Shown one piece after another: positions 39,999 to 52,297 of a DNA stretch of 64,000 bases (the stretch's first letter is position 1; every line of letters starts with the position of its first letter). This DNA is from an uncultured Aliarcobacter sp. (GTDB taxonomy: Bacteria > Campylobacterota > Campylobacteria > Campylobacterales > Arcobacteraceae), in NCBI GenBank assembly GCA_963664305.2, contig CAXXLV010000001.1:448001-512000 (forward strand), in the 5' to 3' direction. The notes under the pieces are model-generated. The model saw only the letters and a list, made by a program, of their open reading frames with translations. It did no database searches and was not told the origin of the DNA. The translations under genes and the position numbers were made by a program.

Positions 39999-41075
39999 CT
40001 AAATATCGTTAATCTCTTTTACGTATGACCCTAATACTTTTACACTCGTTTTGTATTTTTCTAGAATTTCTTTAACATTTTCATCATCTTTATGTCCATC
40101 AAAATCAATAAAGAAAATTGAATTTCCTTCTACAATATGTGATTTAATTTTTGTTAAATTTATTCCAGCTTTATTAAAATCAGTTAAAAACTCAACAAGA
40201 ACACCTTGTCTATCAGGTAATTTAACTAAAATTGATGTTTTATCATTTCCACTTTGACCATTTTCAAAATCACTGATTATAAAAAATCTTGTTTTATTGT
40301 TATCTTTATCTTCAATATTTTCAAATAAAATTGGAAGATTGTGTAATTTTGCTCCAACATGTGGACAAATAGCTGCACTTCCAGGTTCACGAGCTGCTAA
40401 TTTTGCTGCTTTTGTTGTTGATTCAACTGGAATTTGTTCAACTTCATCAAGTCCCATATTTGTTAAAAATTTTCTACATTGATCAAACGCGATATCTTTT
40501 GAATATATTCTTTTTATATCTTTTATTTTATCACAAGTTGTTGCAAGTGTATGGTGAATATTTAATACAACTTCAGCAATTATTTTTAAATCATATTCAC
40601 TTAAACAAGTAATAGTATCTGTAACTATTCCATTTGATGAATTTTCGATAGGAATTACACCAAATTTTACTTTTTTTGTATTAACTTCTCTAAAAACACC
40701 TTTTATAGAACTTACTGAAATATAAGAACTCATTGCACCAAATCTACCTTCAGCAGCTTGATGTGTAAAACTTCCTTCTGGCCCTAAATAAGCGATATTT
40801 TCAGGTAACTCAATATTTCTTGAAATTGCAAAAATTTCTAAAAAAAGAGCTTCAATTGCATTTCTATTTAATAAACCATTATTTTCATTATTGATTTTTT
40901 CTAATCTATCAATGATAGCTTTTTCCCTTTCAGGTCTATAAATTGCTCCACCACTTTTTGCTTTTAATGCACCCACTTGATGGACAATTTTCATTCTTTC
41001 ATTAATTAATTCTAAAAGTTTATTATCAATAGCATCAAGTTTATTTCTTAACTCTATTAATCCTTCTTCACTCAT
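39999..41075 (-). CDS. pheA: Chorismate mutase/prephenate dehydratase
   Basis: N-terminal chorismate mutase domain, LGPEGSFT, PIENSSNG, NKTRF and ACT domain. Confidence 0.95.
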   Translation of the reverse strand: MSEEGLIELRNKLDAIDNKLLELINERMKIVHQVGALKAKSGGAIYRPEREKAIIDRLEKINNENNGLLNRNAIEALFLEIFAISRNIELPENIAYLGPEGSFTHQAAEGRFGAMSSYISVSSIKGVFREVNTKKVKFGVIPIENSSNGIVTDTITCLSEYDLKIIAEVVLNIHHTLATTCDKIKDIKRIYSKDIAFDQCRKFLTNMGLDEVEQIPVESTTKAAKLAAREPGSAAICPHVGAKLHNLPILFENIEDKDNNKTRFFIISDFENGQSGNDKTSILVKLPDRQGVLVEFLTDFNKAGINLTKIKSHIVEGNSIFFIDFDGHKDDENVKEILEKYKTSVKVLGSYVKEINDI

Positions 41076-41100
41076 TTTAAGCCCTTTATTTAATCAAAAA

Positions 41101-42309
41101 TTATTTAACAAACTCTTCTTCTAAAGCAATAATATCTTCAAAAGTTTCTCGTCTTCTAATTAATCTATCTTGTCCATTTTCAATAGCAATTTCAGCAACT
41201 TTTCCTCTTGTATTATAGTTACTTGACATTGTAAATCCATAAGCACCAGCACTGTAAATAGCAACTAAATCATTATGTTGTGTTTTTTGTAATTCAATAT
41301 TTTTAGCAAAAAAGTCACCACTTTCACAAACTGGTCCAACTAAATTACAATCAGAAAATTCTGTATTATCATTTAATACTTCAATTTTGTGATATGCATT
41401 GTATAATGATGGTCTAATTAAATCATTCATAGCTCCATCAACAATAACAAATCTTTTATTTCCATTTACTTTTTCATATAAAACTTTTGTTACAAATGTT
41501 CCAGCATTTCCAACCATAAATCTTCCTGGTTCACAAATAACTGTTATATCTAAACCAAACATTGTTTCTAATACAGATTGTGCATATTCATTTGTATCAA
41601 TTAATTTTTCATCTTTATAAACAATACCTAAACCACCACCAATATCCATAAATGAAAGTTCAATTTTTATTGCTTTTAAATTTCTTACTAAATCAGCAAT
41701 AATTTTTACTGATTCTTTAATTGGTTGTAATTGTGTTAATTGAGAACCAATATGACAATGAATTCCAACTGGGTCAAGATTTTCAGAGTTTTTACATTGA
41801 ATATACATTCTTTTAGCTGTATCAATATCAACTCCAAATTTATTTTCATGAAGTCCAGTAGAAATATATGGATGAGTTTTTGGGTCAATATTTGGATTAA
41901 CTCTAATAGAAATTCTTGCAATTTTTCCTAATTCTTTTGCCATAATTTCAACTCTTTGTAATTCAGCATCACTTTCAACATTAATCATTAAAATATCTAA
42001 TTCCAAAGCTTGTCTTATTTCATCATCAATTTTCCCAACACCTGAAAAAATAATTTTATATGCTGGAATTCCAACTTTTAAAGCACGTTTAACTTCTCCA
42101 ATAGAAACGCAATCAGCTCCAGCTCCAAGATTTGCCAAATGTTTAATAACACTTAAATTTGAATTTGCTTTTACTGCGTATGCAATTAGAGATTTTCTTG
42201 CTCTAAAAGAACCTTTTAACTCTTCATATTGTTTTGTAATATGGTCAAAATCATATACATAATAAGGTGTTCCATATTTATTTGCTAATTCTTTAAAATT
42301 AATACTCAT
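41101..42309 (-). CDS. lysA: Diaminopimelate decarboxylase
   Basis: YAVKAN, HCHIGSQ, EPGR, GPVCESGD and GAYG motifs. Confidence 0.96.
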   Translation of the reverse strand: MSINFKELANKYGTPYYVYDFDHITKQYEELKGSFRARKSLIAYAVKANSNLSVIKHLANLGAGADCVSIGEVKRALKVGIPAYKIIFSGVGKIDDEIRQALELDILMINVESDAELQRVEIMAKELGKIARISIRVNPNIDPKTHPYISTGLHENKFGVDIDTAKRMYIQCKNSENLDPVGIHCHIGSQLTQLQPIKESVKIIADLVRNLKAIKIELSFMDIGGGLGIVYKDEKLIDTNEYAQSVLETMFGLDITVICEPGRFMVGNAGTFVTKVLYEKVNGNKRFVIVDGAMNDLIRPSLYNAYHKIEVLNDNTEFSDCNLVGPVCESGDFFAKNIELQKTQHNDLVAIYSAGAYGFTMSSNYNTRGKVAEIAIENGQDRLIRRRETFEDIIALEEEFVK

Positions 42310-42404
42310 TTTTTATAATTATCCTATCTTTAAAATCTTAATTTAAAATTTCAATAAATTTAAAAGTAAAATCTAATTTTATAGCCAAAAGCTTTTGCTT
42401 TTGA

Positions 42405-43937
<1,533 letters not shown>

Positions 43938-43938
<1 letters not shown>

Positions 43939-45140
43939 TAATTATTTTCCTCAATAACTAATGCTTTAACTCCTGGTAAAATTTTTCCTTCAATTAATTC
44001 TAAAGAAGCTCCACCACCAGTTGAAATAAACGTCATTTCATCTTCATCACCAGTAATTCTTACTAAATCTGCTGTATCTCCACCACCAACTACTGTTGTT
44101 GCAAATGAACTAGCTACTGCATGAGAAATTTTTGTACTTCCTTTTGCAAATTTATCCATTTCATAAACACCCATTGGTCCATTCCATAAAATTGTATTCG
44201 CATCTTCTAAAGCTTCATCAAATAATAAAGCTGTTGCAGGCCCAATATCTAATCCCATCCAACCTTTTGGTATTTCTTGAATTGGAACTATTTTAGCAAT
44301 TGCTTCTGCACTAAATGCTTCTGCTGCAACAACATCAACAGGTAAATAAAGTTTTACACCTTTAATTTTTGCTTCTTCCATAATTTTTAATGCTTCAGGA
44401 ATTAAATCATCTTCAACTAAAGAGTTTCCAATTTCATGTCCTAATGCTTTTAAGAATGTAAATGCCATTCCTCCACCAATTAAGATTTTGTCAACTTTTG
44501 GAACTAAATTATAAAGTGCTTCTAATTTTCCTGAAACTTTTGAACCACCAACGATTGAAACAAATGGTCTTTTTGGATTATGAACAATATGATGGAAGAA
44601 TTTAATCTCTTTTGCCATCAAAAATCCTGCTGCTTTATGATTCATATCAAAATATTTTGCAATACCTTCAACTGATGCATGAGCTCTATGAGAAACTCCA
44701 AAAGCATCGTTGATATATACATCTGCCATTGAAGCTAATTTTTTACTTAATTCTTCATCATTTTTTGTTTCACCAAGTTCAAATCTCATATTTTCAAGAA
44801 GTAAAATTTCACCAGTTTTTAACTCTTTTGCCATTTTTAATGTTTCATCACAAACAACACCTGGTGCCATTAAAATCTCTTGTTTTAATAGAATATGTAA
44901 TCTTTTTGCAATTGGTAGTAAAGAATATTTTTCTTCAAAACCACCTTTTGGTCTTCCAAAATGAGATGCTAAAATAACAGAACAATCATTATCAATACAA
45001 TATCTAATTGTATTTAATGCACTTCTAATTCTTCTATCATCTGTAATATTGTTATCTTCATCCATTGGAACGTTAAAATCACATCTAATAAAAACTTTTT
45101 TCCCAGCGATGTCAATATTTTTGATTTCTTGTAATTTCAA
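43938..45140 (-). CDS. pgk: Phosphoglycerate kinase
   Basis: DFNVP, SHFGRP, WNGPMGV and STGGGASLE motifs; TTG start. Confidence 0.97.
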
Positions 45141-45158
45141 TTTAAATCCTTGAAAAAA

Positions 45159-46154
45159 TTATTTTGTAGCTACGTGAACACCCATGTCCACTAATCTTGT
45201 TGAATATCCCCACTCATTGTCATACCAAGATAAAACTTTTACCATGTTTCCTTCTATAACTTGAATTGTATCTAAAGGAACAACTGTTGATAAAGTTTCA
45301 CCATTGAAATCTGAGCTTACTCTATACTCTTCATCAACACCTAAAATACCTTTTAAATTACCTTCAGCAGAAACTTTAAAAGCAGCAATTACTTCTTCTT
45401 TAGTTACATCTTTTTTAAGAGTTACTGTTAAATCTACTAAAGAAACATTTGGAGTTGGAACTCTAATTGCTTGACCGTTTAATTTACCTTTTAAGTGAGG
45501 CATTACTAATCCAATTGCTTTAGCTGCTCCAGTGCTTGATGGAGTTAAGTTAGTAGCACCTGCTCTTCCTTTTCTTGGATCTTTTTTATCTTTTGCATCT
45601 AAAATTGGTTGAGATGAAGTATATGAGTGAATTGTTGTCATTAAACCTTTTTCAATTCCAAATGCATCATCTAATACCTTAGCAACTGGTGCTAAACCAT
45701 TTGTTGTACAAGAAGCATTTGATACAATTGGTTGTCCTGCATATGTATCTTCATTAGCACCCATTACAAATGTTGGAGTATCATCTTTTGCAGGAGCTGA
45801 AATAACAACTTTTTTCACACCATTATCTATATAAGCTTGGCAAGACTCTTGTGTTAAGAATGCACCAGTACATTCTAAAACAACATCTGCACCATATGCA
45901 GCAAAATCAATTTTTGAAGGATCTCTTTCACTTAATAATTTTGCTTTATCTTTACCAATGTAGATATAACCATCTTCAACTTTTACATCAAATTTTGGTC
46001 CGTGAACTGTATCATATTTTAAATTATATTGGATCATCTCTTCACTACCACTAGCATTTGCTGCTACTAACTCAACATCGTTTCGACTTGCAATTATTCT
46101 TGCTACGCATCTTCCGATTCTTCCTAAACCATTTATTGCAACTTTAACAGCCAT
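45159..46154 (-). CDS. gap: Glyceraldehyde-3-phosphate dehydrogenase, type I
   Basis: INGLGRIGR, SNASCTTN and WYDNEWGY motifs. Confidence 0.97.
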   Translation of the reverse strand: MAVKVAINGLGRIGRCVARIIASRNDVELVAANASGSEEMIQYNLKYDTVHGPKFDVKVEDGYIYIGKDKAKLLSERDPSKIDFAAYGADVVLECTGAFLTQESCQAYIDNGVKKVVISAPAKDDTPTFVMGANEDTYAGQPIVSNASCTTNGLAPVAKVLDDAFGIEKGLMTTIHSYTSSQPILDAKDKKDPRKGRAGATNLTPSSTGAAKAIGLVMPHLKGKLNGQAIRVPTPNVSLVDLTVTLKKDVTKEEVIAAFKVSAEGNLKGILGVDEEYRVSSDFNGETLSTVVPLDTIQVIEGNMVKVLSWYDNEWGYSTRLVDMGVHVATK

Positions 46155-46244
46155 TTGTTCCCTTTAATATAAATCTAAATGGTAGATATTTTATCGAAAA
46201 ATTGCTATAATAATATTTAAGTATATTAGAAAGGTTTTAAATAG

Positions 46245-46793
46245 GTGCGAATTGCAATATTTGGTGGTAGTTTTGACCCAATTCATATAGCTCATGTAGC
46301 TATAGTTGAAACTGCATTAAAAAAACTTGATATTGATAAATTAATAATTGTTCCTACATATTTGAATCCCTTTAAAAATAGCTTTTATTTAGAACCTAAA
46401 ACTAGATTTGAACTATTAAAAAAAGTTTTTCATAAATTTGATAAAGTTGAAATTTCTGATTATGAAATAAATCAAGAAAAAACATCTTATAGCTTTGACA
46501 CGGTGATTTATTTAAAAAACTTATACCATGCTTCTAAAATATATTTTATTTTAGGAGAAGATAATCTAAAAAATTTAAATAAATGGTATAAAGCTGAAGA
46601 TTTAGGAAAAATTGTAGAATTTGTAGTTGCTACAAGAAAAGGGTTCGAATCAAATGAAGCTAAAAAATTTAAAATTTTAGAAGTAAATATAAATATCAGT
46701 TCAACTTCGTTGAGAGAACAAATTGATATCAAATATATACCACCTGAAATTAAAAATGATATATTAAATCTAACAAAAGGTAAAAGTTTTTGA
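46245..46793 (+). CDS. nadD: Nicotinate-nucleotide adenylyltransferase
   Basis: GGSFDPIHIAH and ISSTSLR motifs; GTG start. Confidence 0.93.
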   Translation: MRIAIFGGSFDPIHIAHVAIVETALKKLDIDKLIIVPTYLNPFKNSFYLEPKTRFELLKKVFHKFDKVEISDYEINQEKTSYSFDTVIYLKNLYHASKIYFILGEDNLKNLNKWYKAEDLGKIVEFVVATRKGFESNEAKKFKILEVNINISSTSLREQIDIKYIPPEIKNDILNLTKGKSF

Positions 46794-47116
46794 ATACAAG
46801 ATTAGAAAACATCAAAAAAATATTAGATGATAAAAAAGCAGAAAATATTGAAGTTATTGATTTAACATCTAAAGACTATATTGTTGATTATGTTGTTATT
46901 GCTACAACACTAAATCCAAAACATGGTTTTGCATTATTAAACTACTTAAAAACTGATTTAAAACCACAAGGTGAAGAATTTTTAAGAGTTGATGAAGATG
47001 ATGATTGGACAATAATTGATTTAGGAGATATTTTTATTCATCTAATGAGTGAAAAATATAGAACAAAATATTCACTTGAAGAGTTTTTATCTACTTTAGG
47101 AAATAAAGAGATATAA
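46790..47116 (+). CDS. rsfS: Ribosome silencing factor
   Basis: DKKAENI and WTIIDLGD..H....R..Y.LE motifs. Confidence 0.92.
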   Translation: MNTRLENIKKILDDKKAENIEVIDLTSKDYIVDYVVIATTLNPKHGFALLNYLKTDLKPQGEEFLRVDEDDDWTIIDLGDIFIHLMSEKYRTKYSLEEFLSTLGNKEI

Positions 47117-47132
47117 AAAAAGGGAAGAATTA

Positions 47133-47255
47133 TTATTCTCCCCCTCCTCTTAAAAGCTTATTGTAATTAGATGCTGCATCTCTTGCACCACCCATATTAC
47201 CTGTATAAATCGCATAACAAACTATAATAATTAGAATACCAATTACCCATTTCAT
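47133..47255 (-). CDS. 40-aa single-TM small protein coupled to argS
   Basis: Read by hand: MKWVIGILIIIVCYAIYTGNMGGARDAASNYNKLLRGGGE*. TAATG overlap with the argS stop; below the ORF-track length cutoff. Confidence 0.6.
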   Translation of the reverse strand: MKWVIGILIIIVCYAIYTGNMGGARDAASNYNKLLRGGGE

Positions 47256-48844
47256 TACATTATATCCTTAGCCTTAATCCCTAATAAAGATAATCCAACA
47301 TTAATACTTAATGCTGCCATTGATAATACTTTTAAATATAAATTTTGTTCATCACTACCAATAACTTTATGTTCATTATAAAACTTATGAACTGATGATG
47401 CAAGATTATATAAATACTCAGTAATTTTTTGCATATCTCTTTTTGCAAATGCTTCATTTAATATTGATTCAAGAAGTAATGATTCATAAACTAAGTTTAA
47501 ACCATCTTGATTTAAATTATCAAAATTTACATTTTCAATATCTTTACTTGTAATTCCTGCTTTTACAAAAACTTGATTAATTCTTGCATGTGCGTAATTT
47601 ATATAAAAAATTGGATTTGATGAATCTTGATTTTTTAACATATCAATATCAAACTCTAAATGAGTATCACTCTTTCTTGTTAAGAAAATAAATCTTAATG
47701 CATCTGGACCTATTTCTTCTGTTATATCAGACATTAAAATTACATTTCCAGCTCTTTTACTCATTTTATAAGGTTCACCACCTTTTAGTAATTGAACCAT
47801 TTGAGATAAAATAACTTCTAATTTTGAAGAATCATTCCCTAAAAATTCGATAGCTGCTTTTACTCTTGGAATATATCCATGGTGATCTGCACCCCAAATA
47901 TTAATATATCTGTCATAATTTCTATCATATTTATCTTTATGATAAATAATATCTCCAGCTAAATAAGTTGGTATTCCATTATCTCTTACAACAACTCTAT
48001 CTGAATCATCACCATATTGAGTAGATTTTAAATAGATTTTCTCATTTTTTTCATATAATGAACCATTCTTTTCAAGAACTTCTCTTGTCTCATCCCATGC
48101 ATAATATAAAGATTTCTCAGAAACAAAATTTTCAAATTCAATACCTAAATCTTTTAAATCTTTAATGATAATTTTCATCACTTCATCTTTACCAAATCTA
48201 GCCATTTCTATGAATCTTGATTCATCATAAAATATTTCATTTCCATGTGTTTCTTGGATTTGTTTTGCAATATCAATTAGATATTCGCCTCTATAGTAAG
48301 TTTCAGGATATTCTACATCTTCATTTAATAAAAAATCTCTTGCAGCTAAAGAAATAGATAATCCTAACATATCCATTTGTGCACCTGCATCATTTATATA
48401 ATATTCAGTTGTGATATCAAAACCTAAATGTCTTCCAACACGAGCTAATGAATCTCCTGCTATTGCACCTCTTGCATGTCCAATATGTAAAGGACCTGTA
48501 GGATTAGCAGAAACATATTCTAATAAAATCTTTTCATCTTTTTTCTCTTGTTTTGCAAAGTCATCTCTATTTGATAAAGCATTGTTTACTAATGTAAGTA
48601 AAAAAGAAGAAGAAAGTTTGAAATTTATAAATCCTTTTACTGCTTCAACTTTTTCAAACATTTCACAATTATCAAACTTTGAAACTAATTCATCAGCAAT
48701 TGCCATTGGTGATTTTTTTAATTCTTTTGCTAAAGAAAAAGCAACAGGAGTTGCATAATGACCAAAAGATATATCTTTTGGTTTTTCAAGAACTACATTC
48801 GTTCCTAATGTTTTTTCTATAAATTCTTTTACTAAATTTTGCAA
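47255..48844 (-). CDS. argS: Arginine--tRNA ligase
   Basis: SANPTGPLHIGH, WGADHHGY, KMSKRAG and YAHAR motifs. Confidence 0.97.
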   Translation of the reverse strand: MQNLVKEFIEKTLGTNVVLEKPKDISFGHYATPVAFSLAKELKKSPMAIADELVSKFDNCEMFEKVEAVKGFINFKLSSSFLLTLVNNALSNRDDFAKQEKKDEKILLEYVSANPTGPLHIGHARGAIAGDSLARVGRHLGFDITTEYYINDAGAQMDMLGLSISLAARDFLLNEDVEYPETYYRGEYLIDIAKQIQETHGNEIFYDESRFIEMARFGKDEVMKIIIKDLKDLGIEFENFVSEKSLYYAWDETREVLEKNGSLYEKNEKIYLKSTQYGDDSDRVVVRDNGIPTYLAGDIIYHKDKYDRNYDRYINIWGADHHGYIPRVKAAIEFLGNDSSKLEVILSQMVQLLKGGEPYKMSKRAGNVILMSDITEEIGPDALRFIFLTRKSDTHLEFDIDMLKNQDSSNPIFYINYAHARINQVFVKAGITSKDIENVNFDNLNQDGLNLVYESLLLESILNEAFAKRDMQKITEYLYNLASSVHKFYNEHKVIGSDEQNLYLKVLSMAALSINVGLSLLGIKAKDIM

Positions 48845-48853
48845 TACTTTCTC

Positions 48854-49084
48854 TTATGATTGTTTTGTTTCATTTTTTTCAGATGTATTTACTTCTGATT
48901 TTTTTTCTATTTCATCAACTTTTTTTGCATCTGCGATTTCATCATCATCTTCTTTTACAGCTTTTTTAAAGTTTTTGATTCCAGAACCTAATCCCTTTGC
49001 AAGCTCAGGTATTTTTTTACCACCAAATAATAATAATACTACTAATGCAATTAATAACCACTCCATACCACCTGGCATACTCAT
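48854..49084 (-). CDS. tatA: Twin-arginine translocase subunit TatA
   Basis: [24 protein letters not shown] motif. Confidence 0.95.
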   Translation of the reverse strand: MSMPGGMEWLLIALVVLLLFGGKKIPELAKGLGSGIKNFKKAVKEDDDEIADAKKVDEIEKKSEVNTSEKNETKQS

Positions 49085-49156
49085 GACTTATCCTTATTTT
49101 ATTGATTTTTTGGGAACCATTATAACTATTTAATGCTTAAAAAAATTTTGAGTATA

Positions 49157-49543
49157 TTACTTTAGAAAGAATTGAACTAACTTATATCCACTTCCAGCAA
49201 ATAAAATTGTTCCTATTAAATTTAGTGAAATATTTAAAATTGCAAGATATAAAGAAGTTCCAAATAATAAATAAGTTTCAATTGCAAATGTAGAATATGT
49301 AGTTAATGCTCCTAAAAAACCTGTTGTTAAAAAAGCTTTTAAATTCATTGAAACTGTATAATGAGAGAAATAGGCAAATAATACACCTATAATAAAAGAA
49401 CCTATTAAATTTACTAATAAGATTCCTAAAGGAAATTCTAAAGGTATATATTTGTTTGTAAAATGAACAGCATATGCTCTTGTAATTGCACCTAAAAATC
49501 CCCCTAAACCTATGGCTAAAATTGTTTGCCAACTAAGAGACAT
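49157..49543 (-). CDS. crcB: Fluoride channel Fluc/CrcB
   Basis: GGFLGAITR and TGFLGALTTYSTF motifs. Confidence 0.93.
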   Translation of the reverse strand: MSLSWQTILAIGLGGFLGAITRAYAVHFTNKYIPLEFPLGILLVNLIGSFIIGVLFAYFSHYTVSMNLKAFLTTGFLGALTTYSTFAIETYLLFGTSLYLAILNISLNLIGTILFAGSGYKLVQFFLK

Positions 49544-50219
49544 AATTTTTATACTCTTTATTAAATGCTTCGTTCATTTTCTGTTCTGTATCTTCAAACC
49601 AAGTTGTATCTTTTGAAGCTTGAACTGGCTCTAAAAAAACAACTTTTACAACACCAGGAGCTGCTTTAAGGCTTTTTGAATCTACAATATTTCTTGTGTT
49701 AAATAAAATAATTGGTTGAACTTTTAAATTATATTTATTTGCAACCATTTTAGCACCAGGTTTAAAACTCCCCATTTTTGTGCCATCACTTCTAGTTCCT
49801 TCGGGGAACATTGCTATTGGTCTTTTTTTATCAAGTCTATCTTTTGTCTCTTTTAATAAATGAATAATTCCAGCTTTATTTTCTCTATCAACACTTATCA
49901 TTCTTGGCGCTTTAATAATATGTCCAAAGAAAAATAAATCTGTAATCTCTTTTTTTGCAACCCAAGCTAAATCTCTAGAATGAATGTATTCAATGACAAT
50001 GATATCAAGTAAAGATTGATGATTCATAATTAACATATCGCATGATTCATCAAGTTTACCTTCAATTTCTAGTTTTATTCCAAGAACAAACATTTGAAAA
50101 TTCATCCAAATTTTTATAACTTTATGTGTATGATTTCTAAAAATGTACATACATAATACTGTAATTGCAACAGTTATTGAAAATTGTATAAAAAGTATGA
50201 TTCCTCTAATTCGTGCCAA
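49533..50219 (-). CDS. plsC: 1-acyl-sn-glycerol-3-phosphate acyltransferase
   Basis: NHQSLLD and FPEGTRS motifs. Confidence 0.9.
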   Translation of the reverse strand: MARIRGIILFIQFSITVAITVLCMYIFRNHTHKVIKIWMNFQMFVLGIKLEIEGKLDESCDMLIMNHQSLLDIIVIEYIHSRDLAWVAKKEITDLFFFGHIIKAPRMISVDRENKAGIIHLLKETKDRLDKKRPIAMFPEGTRSDGTKMGSFKPGAKMVANKYNLKVQPIILFNTRNIVDSKSLKAAPGVVKVVFLEPVQASKDTTWFEDTEQKMNEAFNKEYKNYVS

Positions 50220-51273
50220 AACTTTCTTCCTTTATCCAGCCTATAAAGCCATTATCAACACCCAATATTTTTATAAAACCATTTTTTCTTTGTAAAATTT
50301 CAACTTTTTCTTCTTTATCAACTTTGAAAAATATTGTAGAATTTTTTGTTGGTAAAATATAAACAAATGAGTCTTGTTTTACTATACCTTTTTGATTTGG
50401 AAGATTATAAAGAACTGCAACAACAAAAGTAATTACAACTAATAATAGTAACCATTTTTTTCTTTTCCAAATATATAATAATAAAAGTAAAACAAAAACG
50501 ATTATTGCCGCTACTTTTTTGTATTTTTCAAAAGTAGAATCATTTGGATTTAAATCTGTTTGAGTACTTACTAATTCATTTTGTAAAATTAAAGGAATTT
50601 TTACATCTTTAAAACTTTTTGTCATCGAGTTATAATATGTAAATATTAAATTTTTTTGATAAATAGGAGTTACAAAATAATAAACTAAATTTTGTGTACC
50701 TTCCCACTCTTTTATATTTGAAATTCCCTGTTCTTCTATATTTTTTAATTTAAAATCTTCTAAATTTGAGTTTTGGGCATCTATATCAATAATTGTTAGT
50801 GCTTCTTTATTATTATATTGTTTTGTTTTATATGCTTTTAATAGAATATTATCTGCGATGATATTTGAAAATCTATCATCACCATTTATATCTGAATATC
50901 TTATTGGTGTGCTAGATATTTGACTAATATCAATTAATGAGTCACCACTCCATAGTTTTACTTCTATATCTGGTAATCTAAAATTTCCTGATTTAACTTT
51001 AAAATAATAACTATTTTCATAAGTATCATTTGATATTTTTTTCCATGCAGAATTTGGATTTAATAAAGTTATATTTGATGATTCGGAAAAAGATGTTGAA
51101 AGATTTGTAAAATTATTTGTTGTTACTAAAGCTTTAACAACAACTTCAAATTTTTGATTTTTATAAACGTTACTTGGAATTTTTTTGTATGATAAATATA
51201 AATTTTTTGCAGCAAAAAGATCTATAGAAAAAAAAGCAATGAATAGAGTTATTAATAAAAATGATTTTTTCAT
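50206..51273 (-). CDS. Exported/membrane protein with C-terminal SH3-like domain
   Basis: Signal peptide, two late TM helices, ILPTKNST...IGWIK tail; conserved between purQ and plsC. Confidence 0.65.
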   Translation of the reverse strand: MKKSFLLITLFIAFFSIDLFAAKNLYLSYKKIPSNVYKNQKFEVVVKALVTTNNFTNLSTSFSESSNITLLNPNSAWKKISNDTYENSYYFKVKSGNFRLPDIEVKLWSGDSLIDISQISSTPIRYSDINGDDRFSNIIADNILLKAYKTKQYNNKEALTIIDIDAQNSNLEDFKLKNIEEQGISNIKEWEGTQNLVYYFVTPIYQKNLIFTYYNSMTKSFKDVKIPLILQNELVSTQTDLNPNDSTFEKYKKVAAIIVFVLLLLLYIWKRKKWLLLLVVITFVVAVLYNLPNQKGIVKQDSFVYILPTKNSTIFFKVDKEEKVEILQRKNGFIKILGVDNGFIGWIKEESFGTN

Positions 51274-51307
51274 TTTATTTTTTTACATAAAGAGATTTAA
51301 CATCTCT

Positions 51308-51979
51308 TTATTGTAAAAAACCCTTTAACATATTTACACCATCAACAGAACCTAAAATTTCCTCAATAGCTCTTTCTGGGTGTGGCATTAAACCAAATAC
51401 ATTTTTTTCTTTATTACAAATTCCAGCAATGTTAGAAACAGAACCATTCATATTTACTAAATTTCCTTCTTTGTCACAATATTTTAAAAGAATTTGATTG
51501 TTTTCTTCTAACTCTTTTAAACCTTCAGCATCAATGTAGTAATTTCCATCGTGGTGAGCAACTGGAATATTTAATACTTCACCTTTTTTTGTTAAAGATA
51601 AAAAAGTATTATCATTATTAATAACTTTTAAAGTATGATATTTAGAGATAAAATGTAAAGAATCATTTCTTTTCATAGCTCCAGGTAATAATCCAGCTTC
51701 TAATAATATTTGAAATCCATTACAAATTCCTAAAACTTTTCCACCTTTTGAAGCATATTCTTTTACAGATTCCATTACATTTGCAAATCTAGCAATTGCC
51801 CCACTTCTTAAATAATCACCATAAGAGAATCCCCCTGGAATTACAACTAAATCAGTGTCAGATGGGATTTTGCTCTCTTTGTGCCATATAATTTCTACAT
51901 CACATCCTAATTGTTCAAAAGCATATTTTGTATCATATTCACAGTTTGTTCCAGGAAATTGTAATACTGATATTTTCAT
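51308..51979 (-). CDS. purQ: FGAM synthase glutaminase subunit
   Basis: FPGTNC, GGFSYGDYLR, GICNGFQ and MPHPER motifs. Confidence 0.97.
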   Translation of the reverse strand: MKISVLQFPGTNCEYDTKYAFEQLGCDVEIIWHKESKIPSDTDLVVIPGGFSYGDYLRSGAIARFANVMESVKEYASKGGKVLGICNGFQILLEAGLLPGAMKRNDSLHFISKYHTLKVINNDNTFLSLTKKGEVLNIPVAHHDGNYYIDAEGLKELEENNQILLKYCDKEGNLVNMNGSVSNIAGICNKEKNVFGLMPHPERAIEEILGSVDGVNMLKGFLQ

Positions 51980-51980
51980 A

Positions 51981-52226
51981 TTAACCTACTATTTCTATAT
52001 TATAATCTTCAATAACTGTGTTAGCTAAAAGTTTTTCACACATTTTTTTTACTTCAACTTCAGCTTCTTCTTTGCTTGAAGAGTTTAATTCAATAATAAT
52101 TTGTTTTCCAATTCTTACATCTTTAACAATCTCTTTAAAACCTAATGTATCTAAAGCATGATGAGTTGCTTTACCTTGATCATCAAGAACACCTTGTTTT
52201 AATCCTACATTTACAATTGCTTTCAT
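51981..52226 (-). CDS. purS: FGAM synthase subunit PurS
   Basis: GVLDDQG and LLANTVIEDY motifs. Confidence 0.95.
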   Translation of the reverse strand: MKAIVNVGLKQGVLDDQGKATHHALDTLGFKEIVKDVRIGKQIIIELNSSSKEEAEVEVKKMCEKLLANTVIEDYNIEIVG

Positions 52227-52297
52227 TTGTCACCTTCAATTTATATTTTTTGCGATTATATCTAAAACTGCCTTATAGCAATTTAGCTTAGTTTTTC

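Noticed and set aside
49533..49600. Fluoride riboswitch upstream of crcB
   Set aside because: The crcB start overlaps the plsC coding sequence and no motif is recognisable
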